From: a phage | Sequence record: PZ445527.1 | Strand: one strand, 5' to 3' | DNA length: 64,000 nt | Part shown: positions 1-9,816 of the stretch, piece after piece | Layout of the letters: every line of letters starts with the position of its first letter | How positions within the stretch are numbered: the stretch's first letter is position 1 | Made by a program: the position numbers and the translations under genes | Notes under the pieces: generated by a model | The model's input: only the letters and a program-made list of their open reading frames with translations | Database searches by the model: none | What the model was told of the DNA's origin: nothing

Positions 1-37
1 TTCCTCGATTAATAATTCATTTACTTTCTCTCTCATA

Positions 38-241
38 TTAGATACTCTCACAACTAAGGTGGAAACATTCGTAAGCATCCCCAGTAAACTCTTTATCTTG
101 TAATAAACACTTAGCCTGGTCTTCCGGTACTCCAGCATCTAATAATTGTTGTTTACTTGGCTTTTCAGCAAATACCTTTACAAAATACTCGCCATCCTGA
201 TTATACTCATTTATATCTCTAGTAAGGACATATACTTGCAT
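38..241 (-). CDS. hypothetical protein
   Basis: 67 aa ORF on the dominant minus coding strand; no recognisable motif. Confidence 0.4.
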   Translation of the reverse strand: MQVYVLTRDINEYNQDGEYFVKVFAEKPSKQQLLDAGVPEDQAKCLLQDKEFTGDAYECFHLSCESI

Positions 242-297
242 TTAAAGTTCCTTGAAAACATAAAAGGCCAGAACAATTAAGTCCTGGCCTCCTAAAA

Positions 298-669
298 TTA
301 ATGAAGTTGTTTACCACTTCTTAACATAGTGGCCGTTTCCATAAGACCTAGCGTAGCATCACGCTTATTGATCTGTTTACCAAGTTCATCAGTACGTTTA
401 CTGATGTAAGCATTAATAGCCATATTCATAGCTGTAGCGAGATCTTCTTTGGTTATCTCTTCATCGTCTAAAGCTAATTTAGCCAAAGAATCAAATGTGC
501 TAGAGAGTCCTATAAGATCTGAGGTTTCTCCAGCCAAAATAGGATTAATATTATCTACTGTTACTTCTAGCATGGAGTTGACAATATCTTCACCGTCTAT
601 TAGACCAGTTTCAATATTACTCTCCCACTCCTTCATCTGCTCCAATAATGGATTTTTCTTTTCTGTCAT
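298..669 (-). CDS. hypothetical protein (start moved to internal Met MTEKK)
   Basis: ORF 298..735; upstream part overlaps the 3-prime end of ORF 617..1078, so internal ATG at 669 preferred. Confidence 0.5.
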   Translation of the reverse strand: MTEKKNPLLEQMKEWESNIETGLIDGEDIVNSMLEVTVDNINPILAGETSDLIGLSSTFDSLAKLALDDEEITKEDLATAMNMAINAYISKRTDELGKQINKRDATLGLMETATMLRSGKQLH

Positions 670-1078
670 GGTAGAGGTTTCCTGTGTCAGTCGGTAAGAA
701 GGATGATTGCGTTTTAGGTGGATGTTGCTTAGCAATCCAGTTAAGAATCAGCACGCGACTAGGAACAATATCGGTGTTATACCAAAAATCGTGAACCCAT
801 TGACGAGCGTCTTCAAACTTACCAAATTTATATGCTTTCTTAAACAATTCAAATCCAAAACAATCTGGTGTAAAGTCTACTTCGCGATATTGAATTACTT
901 TAGAACCAGTTAGGTCTTGGATCGCTGCATTAATTTCTGTATGTGAGAATTTTGTTTCATGAAACTTATTAAAGAATCGGTAGTTGAAGCGTCCGTTCGT
1001 TTCGACAAACAACTGGATGAAAAGATCGTTAAATTGGTTATCAAACCAGTAATTCTGTAGTTGTTGTAGTGCTGTCAT
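617..1078 (-). CDS. hypothetical protein
   Basis: 153 aa ORF, minus strand. Confidence 0.55.
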   Translation of the reverse strand: MTALQQLQNYWFDNQFNDLFIQLFVETNGRFNYRFFNKFHETKFSHTEINAAIQDLTGSKVIQYREVDFTPDCFGFELFKKAYKFGKFEDARQWVHDFWYNTDIVPSRVLILNWIAKQHPPKTQSSFLPTDTGNLYHDRKEKSIIGADEGVGE

Positions 1079-1275
1079 TTACGAACCCCGTTAATCGCCA
1101 TAATGATGCCTTCGTACATAAAAGGAAGTAGCCCAGAAGTATAGAATATACTTTCCGTTATTCCTAGATGTCGAAAAAGTACATTAAATAACGCTGTTAG
1201 AAATACAATCTGAGGCAATAATACAAAATACTCAGTTACAATCTTTGGTGCCTGATAAACAAGACGTTTTATCAT
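1075..1275 (-). CDS. small hydrophobic protein
   Basis: 66 aa ORF with hydrophobic core; start overlaps neighbouring stop. Confidence 0.45.
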   Translation of the reverse strand: MIKRLVYQAPKIVTEYFVLLPQIVFLTALFNVLFRHLGITESIFYTSGLLPFMYEGIIMAINGVRK

Positions 1276-1374
1276 TGTTTTTAAGTCTCCTTATTACTTT
1301 GGCCTGCTCCACAATAATGAAAACTGCGAGCACTAATAGTGCTATTAGCCCCGCAGTAATTGGTACTAAATCAA

Positions 1375-1719
1375 TCATGGGAGACGCCATACGTAATTAG
1401 CTGTCTGTAGGACCATAGGAGTACCATTATGGTGCATTACTACAGACGTTGGAGAGTAACTATTCGCCAGTTCTGTACGAACCATCTCACGTTCTTCTCC
1501 AGTTTCAATATTTTTAACAACCACCTTCATTTTGAGAGGTGTCAGTTCAGAGAGCGGTTTCCAAGAGTCCTCAATTTCAATTCCTACCTTTTTCTCAATT
1601 AACATGAGAACTTCTAGTGTATCATCTGGAATACTAATATTATTATTTACAAACTGTAACAGCTCATGCAAAGTATTTAATTCGTTGAAATTAAGTTTCA
1701 TCTTTAAGAATATCCTCAA
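1375..1719 (-). CDS. hypothetical protein
   Basis: 114 aa ORF. Confidence 0.5.
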   Translation of the reverse strand: MRIFLKMKLNFNELNTLHELLQFVNNNISIPDDTLEVLMLIEKKVGIEIEDSWKPLSELTPLKMKVVVKNIETGEEREMVRTELANSYSPTSVVMHHNGTPMVLQTANYVWRLP

Positions 1720-1936
1720 TCATATCACAGGACTGTTGCAATTCGTCAGCAATGCGCTTAACATCGGTCTTCGTCACTTTACCGATTAACATCACTAGTA
1801 GCATAGAAAATATAACAAGGGGAACTGGAATAACAAATAATGCTACCTTAACTACATTCTTTGGTGCCCATGTATGGTATTTAGTAACTAGAACTCCCAC
1901 CACGATTAGATAAAATGCTAGAATAAACATCATCAT
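1691..1936 (-). CDS. small membrane protein
   Basis: 81 aa, two hydrophobic segments. Confidence 0.5.
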   Translation of the reverse strand: MMMFILAFYLIVVGVLVTKYHTWAPKNVVKVALFVIPVPLVIFSMLLVMLIGKVTKTDVKRIADELQQSCDMIEDILKDET

Positions 1937-2214
1937 TTTTTAATCTCCGTAATTATCTGTGCACGCATTACTTTATTAGGTAATTTTGTATTCCCAGCTA
2001 TTGCTTCAATATTATTTAGTTTTTCTTTAAGAATATCTGAGCGTCTTTGTGCTAATTCAATATCTTGCTCTTGCTCTAGTAACCGGTGGTGTAGCCCATC
2101 ATTAGTAATGAGCATACTTTCCATGTTTTTTCGTGCGTTTACAATCCCAATAACTCCACCAATCGCTACTAGCGTAGTAAGAACCAGTAACCCAATAAGA
2201 ATTTCAATCAACAT
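1933..2214 (-). CDS. hypothetical protein with N-terminal TM segment
   Basis: 93 aa; N-terminal hydrophobic helix then charged coiled-coil-like region. Confidence 0.5.
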   Translation of the reverse strand: MLIEILIGLLVLTTLVAIGGVIGIVNARKNMESMLITNDGLHHRLLEQEQDIELAQRRSDILKEKLNNIEAIAGNTKLPNKVMRAQIITEIKK

Positions 2215-2377
2215 TAAATGTCCTTACATTTTTCATTGTTTGGAACTAGTTTACACATCTCCACATTTAACTCGTGGATAGAATTGTCTAGTTCTTCTAA
2301 ACGTGTGTGAAGAAAAACTATACTATATATTAACACTCCTAAAAGGAGTGACAGCATAAAAATGGATAGTCTTTCCA

Positions 2378-2656
2378 TTATTTCTTACCTTTCAGTTGTT
2401 TAACTTCACGCTCAAAGCTAGCTGCACGGCGTTCTGCCACTGCTTGATGCTCCTTAGCAAAGCGTGCCTCTTGTTTTGCTAAGTTAAAGGCCATAGCGTT
2501 CTTGTTAAGAGAATCATACATCTTCTTCATCGCCGGAATAGACATTTTCATCAGTTGCCCCTCAAATCCTTGCATGTCGAGGAGAATTGCTAATACATTG
2601 GCCATTTCAGTCTTGGTAAGGTTAGAGGCGTCGAAGTCTTTAGTCATGTTTTCCAT
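2378..2656 (-). CDS. hypothetical protein
   Basis: ORF 2378..2674; start placed at MENMT Met 7 nt after GAGAGAGG RBS, downstream of promoter at 2689..2717. Confidence 0.55.
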   Translation of the reverse strand: MENMTKDFDASNLTKTEMANVLAILLDMQGFEGQLMKMSIPAMKKMYDSLNKNAMAFNLAKQEARFAKEHQAVAERRAASFEREVKQLKGKK

Positions 2657-2688
2657 TAGAATTTCCTCTCTCATTAATTTATGAACTT

Positions 2689-2717
2689 ATTATACAGAAT
2701 TTTGAGGTTTAAAGCAA
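2689..2717 (-). promoter_or_regulatory. sigma70-type promoter
   Basis: TTGCTT, 17 nt spacer, TATAAT, leader AAGTTCATAAATTAATGAGAGAGG. Confidence 0.6.
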
Positions 2718-2734
2718 CTGAATTTTTTAATTAC

Positions 2735-3166
2735 TTACCAATCGTTAACAACACCAGAGAACTCAGAAGCAAAAACTTTCTCAAATTTTTCTGCAATTTC
2801 AGGATGATCCTTACAGATCAACTCAATACATGCTTCTGGAGTCATTCCTTCGTCTTCAGGATCACCATAATACTTGTCCCAAAGATCGTCAGGGATGATG
2901 TGCTCTGCCAAATCTTGGAAAGAGATTAGCTGATAACGTTCTGCTTCCTCAGGGATAAGGATTTCACAAAGATCTTTATCTATATCACTACGGTAATCAG
3001 CAATTAGCAGGGCATTGCAAGCATGACACTCCCAAACCATCAAGCGTTCAGAAATAGAATTAGACTTATCCTGAATGTAGGACTGAAACAGGGTTCGAAA
3101 AGTAGCTTTAACTTGTTCAAACTTATCTGCTGCTGCAAAAACTAGAGCTTTATCAACTTTGTTCAT
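2735..3166 (-). CDS. hypothetical protein
   Basis: 143 aa ORF preceded by promoter at 3197..3225. Confidence 0.55.
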   Translation of the reverse strand: MNKVDKALVFAAADKFEQVKATFRTLFQSYIQDKSNSISERLMVWECHACNALLIADYRSDIDKDLCEILIPEEAERYQLISFQDLAEHIIPDDLWDKYYGDPEDEGMTPEACIELICKDHPEIAEKFEKVFASEFSGVVNDW

Positions 3167-3196
3167 TTTGTTTCCTTCTCATCAATTTATAAAGTA

Positions 3197-3225
3197 ATTA
3201 TACAGAAACTTAGGCATTTTAGCAA
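3197..3225 (-). promoter_or_regulatory. sigma70-type promoter
   Basis: TTGCTA, 17 nt spacer, TATAAT. Confidence 0.6.
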
Positions 3226-3333
3226 ATAAAACTTTTAATTAAAATGCCTAATCCTGTACTAATAGCAATACAAATGATTATAAGTATTGCTACTGCTTGT
3301 ATGACTCGTTTAATGATAACCTCAGCTATATAC

Positions 3334-3855
3334 TTAGACATTTAACATCCAGCTAGTTTTATCATGGGAAGTATACTTACCACTCATGATGTCTTCCAGG
3401 CGTACTGGTGATTTTGCATACTCTACACAAACGTTAATATAACGAGGGTCTCCCATTAACTCAAAGTGAGTATGCCCATGTAAGTTCTTTTTACCCCTCA
3501 GCTCCTCTGGATGTACTGGAGCATGGGAAAGCCAAAAGTTTTTATACTTAACTAGGGATTGTACATTATCTACTACTCCTACTAAGTCTTTGAAAGATAA
3601 CCCTTCTCGTTCTAAGTCGTGGTTCCCCAAAACTAATATAGTTCTAACATTGCTAAAGAGTTTTTCGAACTTTTCCAAACCATTTCTAGATACAAATGCA
3701 TCTCCTAAAATATAAAATACTGTACGCTTATCTTTCATGGATGTAATAGTATCCATAATAAATTCATCATGCTCTTCCATAGTAGAGAAGATTGGTCTGA
3801 ATTTAGTAATATTTGCATGTCCTAAATGGAGATCACTCCAAAAGCAAACTTTCAT
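3334..3855 (-). CDS. calcineurin-like metallophosphoesterase
   Basis: 173 aa; metal-ligand motifs DLHLGH, GDAF, GNHD, GHTH typical of metallophosphoesterases. Confidence 0.7.
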   Translation of the reverse strand: MKVCFWSDLHLGHANITKFRPIFSTMEEHDEFIMDTITSMKDKRTVFYILGDAFVSRNGLEKFEKLFSNVRTILVLGNHDLEREGLSFKDLVGVVDNVQSLVKYKNFWLSHAPVHPEELRGKKNLHGHTHFELMGDPRYINVCVEYAKSPVRLEDIMSGKYTSHDKTSWMLNV

Positions 3856-4718
3856 TAAAGGATCCTCTGTACACCACAGCTATTATTTTTGTCAGTGGTA
3901 AATGCTGTGATTTTGCCAGTTTCATCATTAACCTGCGCAACCGTCAACTGCCCGTTGAAAACACCGCCAGTATCAAGATAAACACGGTTTTTATAAAGAA
4001 GTGGGTAAGGTACTCCAGTATGCCCGTGAAACACGAAATCTATCCCTTTAACTTCTGGCACTTCCACCATATATTCTTCTTTAAATCCTGCATAACGCTG
4101 GAAATAGGGGTGTTCCTCAACATTTTTAGACAAGTGGAAGCCTATTTCTTGGATTACATCTCGATCCCATAAATATGGTTCAACATGGTATCCAGGAGGG
4201 TCATGTGGGTCTTCCTTAGCTGCTTCTACTTGTGCAATAAGGTTATCCCATACTGGGGTTTCAACTTCGTTACCACATTCTTTGTACATAAAAGGTACAC
4301 CACCATGAACAACACCATATTTCTTGCCACGATGTTTAACAGTTAGGAATACTGGCATTTTTTCAGCCATGTCTTCGGCAATATTTTTAATGGTATCTGC
4401 ATCTAGTTCATTCATAGCCCACATACCACCGTTATACATCCAGTTAGCCCAATCTCCTACAATCATAAACTGGTCATGATTTCCACGAACGCTACAGAAA
4501 CGTGGATTATACAGGAATTTGGCTAAAACTTGTAGGTTCTGCGTGCCTCGATCAATTAAATCTCCCACGCATACAACGCAATCTTTCTTGCCGTTATAGC
4601 CAGCTAATTGTAGTGCATCTTCTAGCAAATCGTTGCATCCATGAATATCACCAACAAAGAATAAGTTAACATCATCAGGTACTACTAGTGTTTTATGTAC
4701 ATTAAATTCTTTTTTCAT
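3855..4718 (-). CDS. serine/threonine protein phosphatase (PPP family)
   Basis: Motifs GDIHG, GDLIDRG, GNHD as in lambda-type PPP phosphatases; ATG at 4718 sits 2 nt after upstream stop. Confidence 0.8.
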   Translation of the reverse strand: MKKEFNVHKTLVVPDDVNLFFVGDIHGCNDLLEDALQLAGYNGKKDCVVCVGDLIDRGTQNLQVLAKFLYNPRFCSVRGNHDQFMIVGDWANWMYNGGMWAMNELDADTIKNIAEDMAEKMPVFLTVKHRGKKYGVVHGGVPFMYKECGNEVETPVWDNLIAQVEAAKEDPHDPPGYHVEPYLWDRDVIQEIGFHLSKNVEEHPYFQRYAGFKEEYMVEVPEVKGIDFVFHGHTGVPYPLLYKNRVYLDTGGVFNGQLTVAQVNDETGKITAFTTDKNNSCGVQRIL

Positions 4719-4720
4719 AA

Positions 4721-4966
4721 TTATTCCCAAATAACATTTAAAATAGTTGTACCATAGTTATTCGATAGTTTGAGAGTATAACCCTCTTTATTGAGGGCTT
4801 TTATAGCCTCATAACTAATTTCGTCACGATTAAGCTGTACAAAGGAACCTCCAATCTCGACAGAAGATACTATCCTCCGCTTAACCCATCTATACGTTTT
4901 CTTTCGGCTCTTAAGGAGTGCAGCTCTATTAACCCTAGCTAAATGTTTTGCTTGCTCTGCTAACAT
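4721..4966 (-). CDS. hypothetical basic protein
   Basis: 81 aa ORF downstream of promoter 4994..5022. Confidence 0.5.
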   Translation of the reverse strand: MLAEQAKHLARVNRAALLKSRKKTYRWVKRRIVSSVEIGGSFVQLNRDEISYEAIKALNKEGYTLKLSNNYGTTILNVIWE

Positions 4967-4993
4967 TTAATCCTCCTATCAATCTATATAAAT

Positions 4994-5022
4994 ATTATAC
5001 CAAAATTTTTAGCAAAAAGCAA
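4994..5022 (-). promoter_or_regulatory. sigma70-type promoter
   Basis: TTGCTT, 17 nt spacer, TATAAT. Confidence 0.55.
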
Positions 5023-5030
5023 GTAAAATA

Positions 5031-5057
5031 AAAGCCTGATCCGCTAAGATCAGGCTT
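5031..5057 (-). terminator. rho-independent terminator
   Basis: Perfect hairpin AAGCCTGATC-CGCTAA-GATCAGGCTT with T-rich tail on minus strand. Confidence 0.7.
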
Positions 5058-5063
5058 GGTTTA

Positions 5064-5360
5064 TTAATCCTCTGGATTATCATCCAGGAAATTTTTAATA
5101 GCTTCGTGCATAGTTTCCTTACGAAGCTGACGTCCAATCAAAATATGGTTAGCTTCTACTCGACCATTAGGTAAGCGATCTGCCAGAACTACTACAGGTA
5201 CTTGACGTACACCAAATTTCTGCATTAATTCTGTATTATCAGTCTCTTTATGGACTTCCAAGTTATAGTCATTGACTACTTTATCAAATACTGGCTCGAA
5301 AAGAGCACAAGGACGACACGTGGAACCTTTTAATAAATAAATAATTTTGCTCATATACAC
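5064..5360 (-). CDS. thioredoxin/glutaredoxin-like protein
   Basis: 98 aa with CRPC (CxxC) motif near N-terminus; followed by hairpin terminator. Confidence 0.55.
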   Translation of the reverse strand: MYMSKIIYLLKGSTCRPCALFEPVFDKVVNDYNLEVHKETDNTELMQKFGVRQVPVVVLADRLPNGRVEANHILIGRQLRKETMHEAIKNFLDDNPED

Positions 5361-5367
5361 TCCTATT

Positions 5368-5907
5368 TTACTTGTTAAGCTCTTCTAAATCTGGTATATA
5401 TCCAAGAAACTCCTCAATTAAAGCGTACTCCCCAGCAATCTCCTGTCTAGACTTATTCGCTAAGTCTACTGCCAGAGCTAAGTCTTCATAATTGAAGGTT
5501 CCTTTCATACGTTTTCGGCCTGTTTCATCCGTAATTTGAACTCTCCATTTCTGCCTATCTTTAGCCCACATAACATTTGCATATCCAGATTTGGACTTTC
5601 TATGCTTCTTATTACGACAATTTTGTGGTTTAGATGCAGAACGTAAGTTTTTCCATCGGTTATTTTGTGGATTTCTATCTATGTGATCCACAAATTCAGG
5701 TATATATCCTTCCATATATAGGAAGGCCCATCTATGGGCTCCCTGCCTCTCCCCTTCCACCATTATCATTATGTAATCATTGTTATATAGAGTTCCAGCT
5801 TCCATTCCCCTCTTTACATACTGATTATTACCATCTATCTTCCAGGTAAATATCCCGGTTTCTGGATTATATTCTAGTAATTCTTTTAGTCTTTCTTGAG
5901 TGATCAC
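5368..5907 (-). CDS. HNH homing endonuclease (HNH plus AP2-like domain)
   Basis: AHRWAFLYMEGYIPEFVDHIDRNPQNNRWKNLR HNH motif; paralog of ORFs at 29152 and 55085. Confidence 0.8.
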   Translation of the reverse strand: MITQERLKELLEYNPETGIFTWKIDGNNQYVKRGMEAGTLYNNDYIMIMVEGERQGAHRWAFLYMEGYIPEFVDHIDRNPQNNRWKNLRSASKPQNCRNKKHRKSKSGYANVMWAKDRQKWRVQITDETGRKRMKGTFNYEDLALAVDLANKSRQEIAGEYALIEEFLGYIPDLEELNK

Positions 5908-6308
5908 AATTTATTAATGGCCTCTAAGAAGTTTTTCATGCACTTAACAGTTGCGGTGCTGAGGTCTAGAGTAGTTCCTAAACATTCTGTTAATGCTGCC
6001 TGGTAAGGCGCTTTTAAACGCCCTTCAGGGACTTCTACCTTTTTGTAGGTTTTATTCTTTACTTTATCTAGCATAGCTTCAAGAACATTGAGAGGCAACT
6101 TCGCACCCTCAATATTCACACCAAGCATTTCGGTCAGCATGTTATTAAGATCAATACGAGTAAGTTTCTTGCCTTTAGACATAGTAGTTCCTGCCTTCTT
6201 CTCAAGTTTTTTACGCTCTGGTGAATCGAGGTCACGTAATGCGATGTTCAACTCATATGGAGCCATGTTATAATGTTCCGCCATTTGAGTGTAGAAACGA
6301 TCAGACAT
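5904..6308 (-). CDS. hypothetical protein
   Basis: 134 aa ORF downstream of promoter 6341..6369. Confidence 0.55.
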   Translation of the reverse strand: MSDRFYTQMAEHYNMAPYELNIALRDLDSPERKKLEKKAGTTMSKGKKLTRIDLNNMLTEMLGVNIEGAKLPLNVLEAMLDKVKNKTYKKVEVPEGRLKAPYQAALTECLGTTLDLSTATVKCMKNFLEAINKL

Positions 6309-6340
6309 AGTATATACCTCTCTTAACTAATTTATGTATA

Positions 6341-6369
6341 TATTATATAATAACTAGGGCTAAAAGTCA
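6341..6369 (-). promoter_or_regulatory. sigma70-type promoter
   Basis: TTGACT, 17 nt spacer, TATAAT. Confidence 0.6.
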
Positions 6370-6383
6370 ACTACTTTTTTATC

Positions 6384-6800
6384 TTAATCTACTGCATGTA
6401 TAAATCTTTTCCTAACTAGATACATAGTTATTGGGTAAATTGAGTACATAAGTATAGGGGAGAAAAGGGTGAAATACGCTGTAACTCCCCCAGCTAACAT
6501 CAAAGGTATTAATGCTAGAGTAAGGGCCATAAGAATCATACCGAATGAAACAGCCAAAGCTATGGATATAGGATTCTCTAGTTCCATCCATAACCAACAA
6601 TATTTCGTATCTCTGTGGCAATTGCATTTACAAACGCCGAATAAACCCATAATTATATACTCTAGTCCGTGAATAACCTTTATTAATAAGCTATTTCGGG
6701 TAGTTAATGCAATGATAGTAAAGACTATCATTAAAACGAATACTACTAGACTTATTTTCCAAATACCTAGCAGCATCATAGTGAATAGTTCTGCAAACAT
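6384..6800 (-). CDS. integral membrane protein
   Basis: 138 aa with about four hydrophobic helices. Confidence 0.5.
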   Translation of the reverse strand: MFAELFTMMLLGIWKISLVVFVLMIVFTIIALTTRNSLLIKVIHGLEYIIMGLFGVCKCNCHRDTKYCWLWMELENPISIALAVSFGMILMALTLALIPLMLAGGVTAYFTLFSPILMYSIYPITMYLVRKRFIHAVD

Positions 6801-6840
6801 GGCTTTCTCCTATCTTCAAAAGTTATTAAAGCCCCCTTTG

Positions 6841-6866
6841 CCTAAAAAGGCGGGAGTATTCCCGCC
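6841..6866 (-). terminator. rho-independent terminator after endolysin gene
   Basis: Hairpin GGCGGGA-GTAT-TCCCGCC followed by TTTTT on minus strand. Confidence 0.7.
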
Positions 6867-6875
6867 GTATCTTAC

Positions 6876-7289
6876 TTAAATCAATTCTATATGTGGGCCA
6901 TCAAAAGTACCACGTTGGATTTCATCCTTATAACTTCCGTTCTGGTTCCAATCACCACCCCATCTAATCTTTACCCCTAGCTCTTCTGCTGCCTTAAAGA
7001 AGGCATCTGCCACTAATTTGAATGATTCTAAATCATTCCAATCAATCTTCCCATTTTTAAGAGGAGCAAAGTCAACGGCCAGCCCTTGTACGTGTTTTGA
7101 CTTGCTCGGGTCTTTTAAAAACGAGGTTCCATTCTTAATATTTTGGGCGCTTTGTTCTAAGGAACGTAATCCTTCTGTAATTGTAAAATCATATGGGCTT
7201 AATTCTAAAGCTCTATGAGTTACTCTTACTAAATCTGGATGAACACCCTTTAATCTATCTAAACTTCTTTTACTAAATTTAAAACTCAT
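6876..7289 (-). CDS. lys: endolysin, L-alanyl-D-glutamate peptidase (M15-type)
   Basis: 137 aa; matches the size and sequence character I recall for T5 endolysin; followed by hairpin terminator. Confidence 0.85.
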   Translation of the reverse strand: MSFKFSKRSLDRLKGVHPDLVRVTHRALELSPYDFTITEGLRSLEQSAQNIKNGTSFLKDPSKSKHVQGLAVDFAPLKNGKIDWNDLESFKLVADAFFKAAEELGVKIRWGGDWNQNGSYKDEIQRGTFDGPHIELI

Positions 7290-7942
7290 ATTGACCTACC
7301 TAAAGACCTCTGTTGTGGGGAACAGAGCTTTGCTAAATATTCCTTGAACTGTTCAGAATCAGCTGTATCTACCGGATTATCTTTCCAAGCAATACCAATG
7401 TACCCAGCATAGATATTTTTTAGATTGAAGTATGGACAAGTGTATATGTAATTAAAAGTAATGTTTTTAAACGCAGGTATATTTAACCCCATATATTTAT
7501 TTACTCTTACACTTAAATCCGATGCGTAGTTAAAGCCCTCTAAATGACGTCTGTATAATTCAGACGTTTTATTTACCGCTTTATCGGCCAAGTCAGCCCT
7601 ATCTAATTGCGCATTACTTTCCCATGCAATAATATTGGAATAATCATTGATAGCATCTGGTTTATACTTGACTACAAAAACAGCATCTGCACCCGTCTGA
7701 GAGAAGAGAACCATGCTCTTTTCCCTCGCCACATTAGGGAAGTTATCTATCCTCTGGGTTTGTAAATCCTGTAAAACTGCAGACGTGGAAAAAGTCTTTA
7801 AGAATGACATCACTTCACTAGTATTACTAACGAATAAGAAAATAATGACAGCAACTAAGATAGTTAGCAGACGTTTAAGAAGCGATGCTGGGTCTTTCGC
7901 TTCTTGGAGCAGTACTGTTAATAATTGTAAGAACTTTTCCAA
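7286..7942 (-). CDS. holin (putative)
   Basis: Immediately upstream of and overlapping endolysin; single TM segment LLTILVAVIIFLFV; start placed at TTG 8 nt after AGGAGG giving 218 aa. Confidence 0.6.
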   Translation of the reverse strand: MEKFLQLLTVLLQEAKDPASLLKRLLTILVAVIIFLFVSNTSEVMSFLKTFSTSAVLQDLQTQRIDNFPNVAREKSMVLFSQTGADAVFVVKYKPDAINDYSNIIAWESNAQLDRADLADKAVNKTSELYRRHLEGFNYASDLSVRVNKYMGLNIPAFKNITFNYIYTCPYFNLKNIYAGYIGIAWKDNPVDTADSEQFKEYLAKLCSPQQRSLGRSI

Positions 7943-8098
7943 TTTGTAACCTCCTCTAACCAGTACCATTATACTAATTTTGGAGGAAAATTTCAATGGG
8001 TTTTTAAATGTTATACTTGGAGCACAAAATTATGTCGTTGTCAAGAAGAATTTTAGATAAAAGAAAAGCCAGGGTACTTAACCCTGGCTTAAAATTAC

Positions 8099-8698
8099 TT
8101 ACTCTTCGTTGCGCTCCTCGGATTGAGGTAACTGCGCTTTATTATATTGCTCAGATCGATATTTTGCCAAGATTTCAATACGTTTATGGATTTCCTTGCT
8201 ATCTAGATAGATATTTTTGTTGTCTTTTACCATCTCGTCGATTTCATCTATTGAGAAGAACGGATAGTAGACATCTAGCATCATATCTTCTACGAACTTG
8301 TTGTAAGATTCATAGGCTTTCTTGATTTCTTGACCTTTCTCACAGAACCCGCCAGAGAACGTGTGTCCCATTAGCGTAGCATGTGGATGTACTACCCATC
8401 CATGACAAGATAGGAAAATTGTGCAGTAAGCAGAAGCACTAGGACCAATCAGGTGTCCTATAACTGTTCCACGGCAATTAGCAATTAAGTTAGATAACTG
8501 TGCAGCGGTATCAACATAGCCACCAGGGCCATTAATCATCAGATTAATTTCATCGTCCTCATTTGCCTGCATAAGTACCATTGATAAATCACGGTATTCA
8601 TCCGGCGGACCAAGTTCTTCATCAAAGAAAAAGGTATACTCGTTAGATTGGCGAATAGAGTGGAACAGGTTAGTCTTTTCTTCTTTTTTATTAGTCAT
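8099..8698 (-). CDS. ClpP-like serine protease
   Basis: 199 aa with GPSASAY and HPHATLMGH segments resembling ClpP catalytic Ser and His regions. Confidence 0.65.
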   Translation of the reverse strand: MTNKKEEKTNLFHSIRQSNEYTFFFDEELGPPDEYRDLSMVLMQANEDDEINLMINGPGGYVDTAAQLSNLIANCRGTVIGHLIGPSASAYCTIFLSCHGWVVHPHATLMGHTFSGGFCEKGQEIKKAYESYNKFVEDMMLDVYYPFFSIDEIDEMVKDNKNIYLDSKEIHKRIEILAKYRSEQYNKAQLPQSEERNEE

Positions 8699-8710
8699 AG
8701 CGATCCTTGA

Positions 8711-9463
8711 TTATCCAACTAGTGGTTCTAGCTCTAAGTCACAGAAGTTATACACTTCTAGTTTAAGGTTATTGATACCATCGAATTTATTAACTAATTC
8801 ATGAGTAATATATTTTGCAGGAATACCACTTTCAGATGGATGATCTGATTTAATAGTGAACTTCTGCTCAGCGGGCACTACATTTACTAGTAAAGAATCC
8901 ATATCTAAATGGTTTGTTTCTCTGAGTAACTCTCCTTCATTGGGGAATCTCACATCTGTTATTACGGCGACATCTGGGTCGTCTTTAGCGATGGATTGCT
9001 CCAGAATTATGAGCCAAATGCGTTCATGTACTAGCTGCCTTCCTAGCTCTGTTCCTACGAGCTGTAACATTTTTCTCGGAGAAATAAATAAACTATAAAG
9101 TCCATCTTCTTTATTCTCTGAGATAAGTTGTTGAGGATTAAGATATTTTTCCTCAAAAATAGGCCAAACGTACGAGAAGTCCTCAAACTTATCGATACCA
9201 TATTTAAACCATACGTCTCTAGCTCGCTCCAATTGATATTGTGTGACCGTAAACCATTGGTCAATCTCTTTCCCCCTGCGCTCTCCTAGAAACTCTGGAG
9301 TTACCCCGAGGATTACGGATGCAAGCTCATAAACTGGTTTAGCAAAACTGTAACGACGTGGTAAACACGTTGGATACGTGTCATTACACCAATCGATAAT
9401 TAATTTTGCAACGGTATCTTTTCCTGCACCTGCCTCGCCATGTAAACCTACTAATACTGACAT
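8711..9463 (-). CDS. deoxynucleoside monophosphate kinase
   Basis: 250 aa; P-loop GEAGAGKDT at N-terminus; size and sequence as T5 dNMP kinase. Confidence 0.8.
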   Translation of the reverse strand: MSVLVGLHGEAGAGKDTVAKLIIDWCNDTYPTCLPRRYSFAKPVYELASVILGVTPEFLGERRGKEIDQWFTVTQYQLERARDVWFKYGIDKFEDFSYVWPIFEEKYLNPQQLISENKEDGLYSLFISPRKMLQLVGTELGRQLVHERIWLIILEQSIAKDDPDVAVITDVRFPNEGELLRETNHLDMDSLLVNVVPAEQKFTIKSDHPSESGIPAKYITHELVNKFDGINNLKLEVYNFCDLELEPLVG

Positions 9464-9816
9464 TAATCTTTCCTATTGTTAATGGGTGGATAGTAAATTA
9501 AGCAACGTTTTTCTTGTAAATCTTGGCGATAGAAGCAAACCATACTAGTCAATCGTGAGATATATGAATATTCTGCCTCCCGACATTTTGCTAACATATT
9601 CCAATCTTTATATGGTACAACAACTACTACACCATCTTCGCCATTTGTAGCTAATTTCTTTTCGAATTTGAAATCAAAGCTACAAGGCTGAAGTCCTTTA
9701 GGCCAATCTACATGAGCTGTTGGTAGCTCATGTGTAGGTTCTGGCTTTACTTCTTGTGCACAGCCTGTGATTGTGATTGCGGCTGTGAGCAGTATTCCAC
9801 ACTTCCAGTTAAACAT
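9463..9816 (-). CDS. lipoprotein (candidate o-spanin)
   Basis: Signal peptide with lipobox ITGC; start embedded in the 3-prime end of the upstream TM/coiled-coil ORF. Confidence 0.5.
   Translation of the reverse strand: MFNWKCGILLTAAITITGCAQEVKPEPTHELPTAHVDWPKGLQPCSFDFKFEKKLATNGEDGVVVVVPYKDWNMLAKCREAEYSYISRLTSMVCFYRQDLQEKRCLIYYPPINNRKD

Noticed and set aside
449-913. Plus-strand ORFs 449..697 and 707..913
   Set aside because: Antisense to minus-strand genes 298..669 and 617..1078; low-complexity translations.
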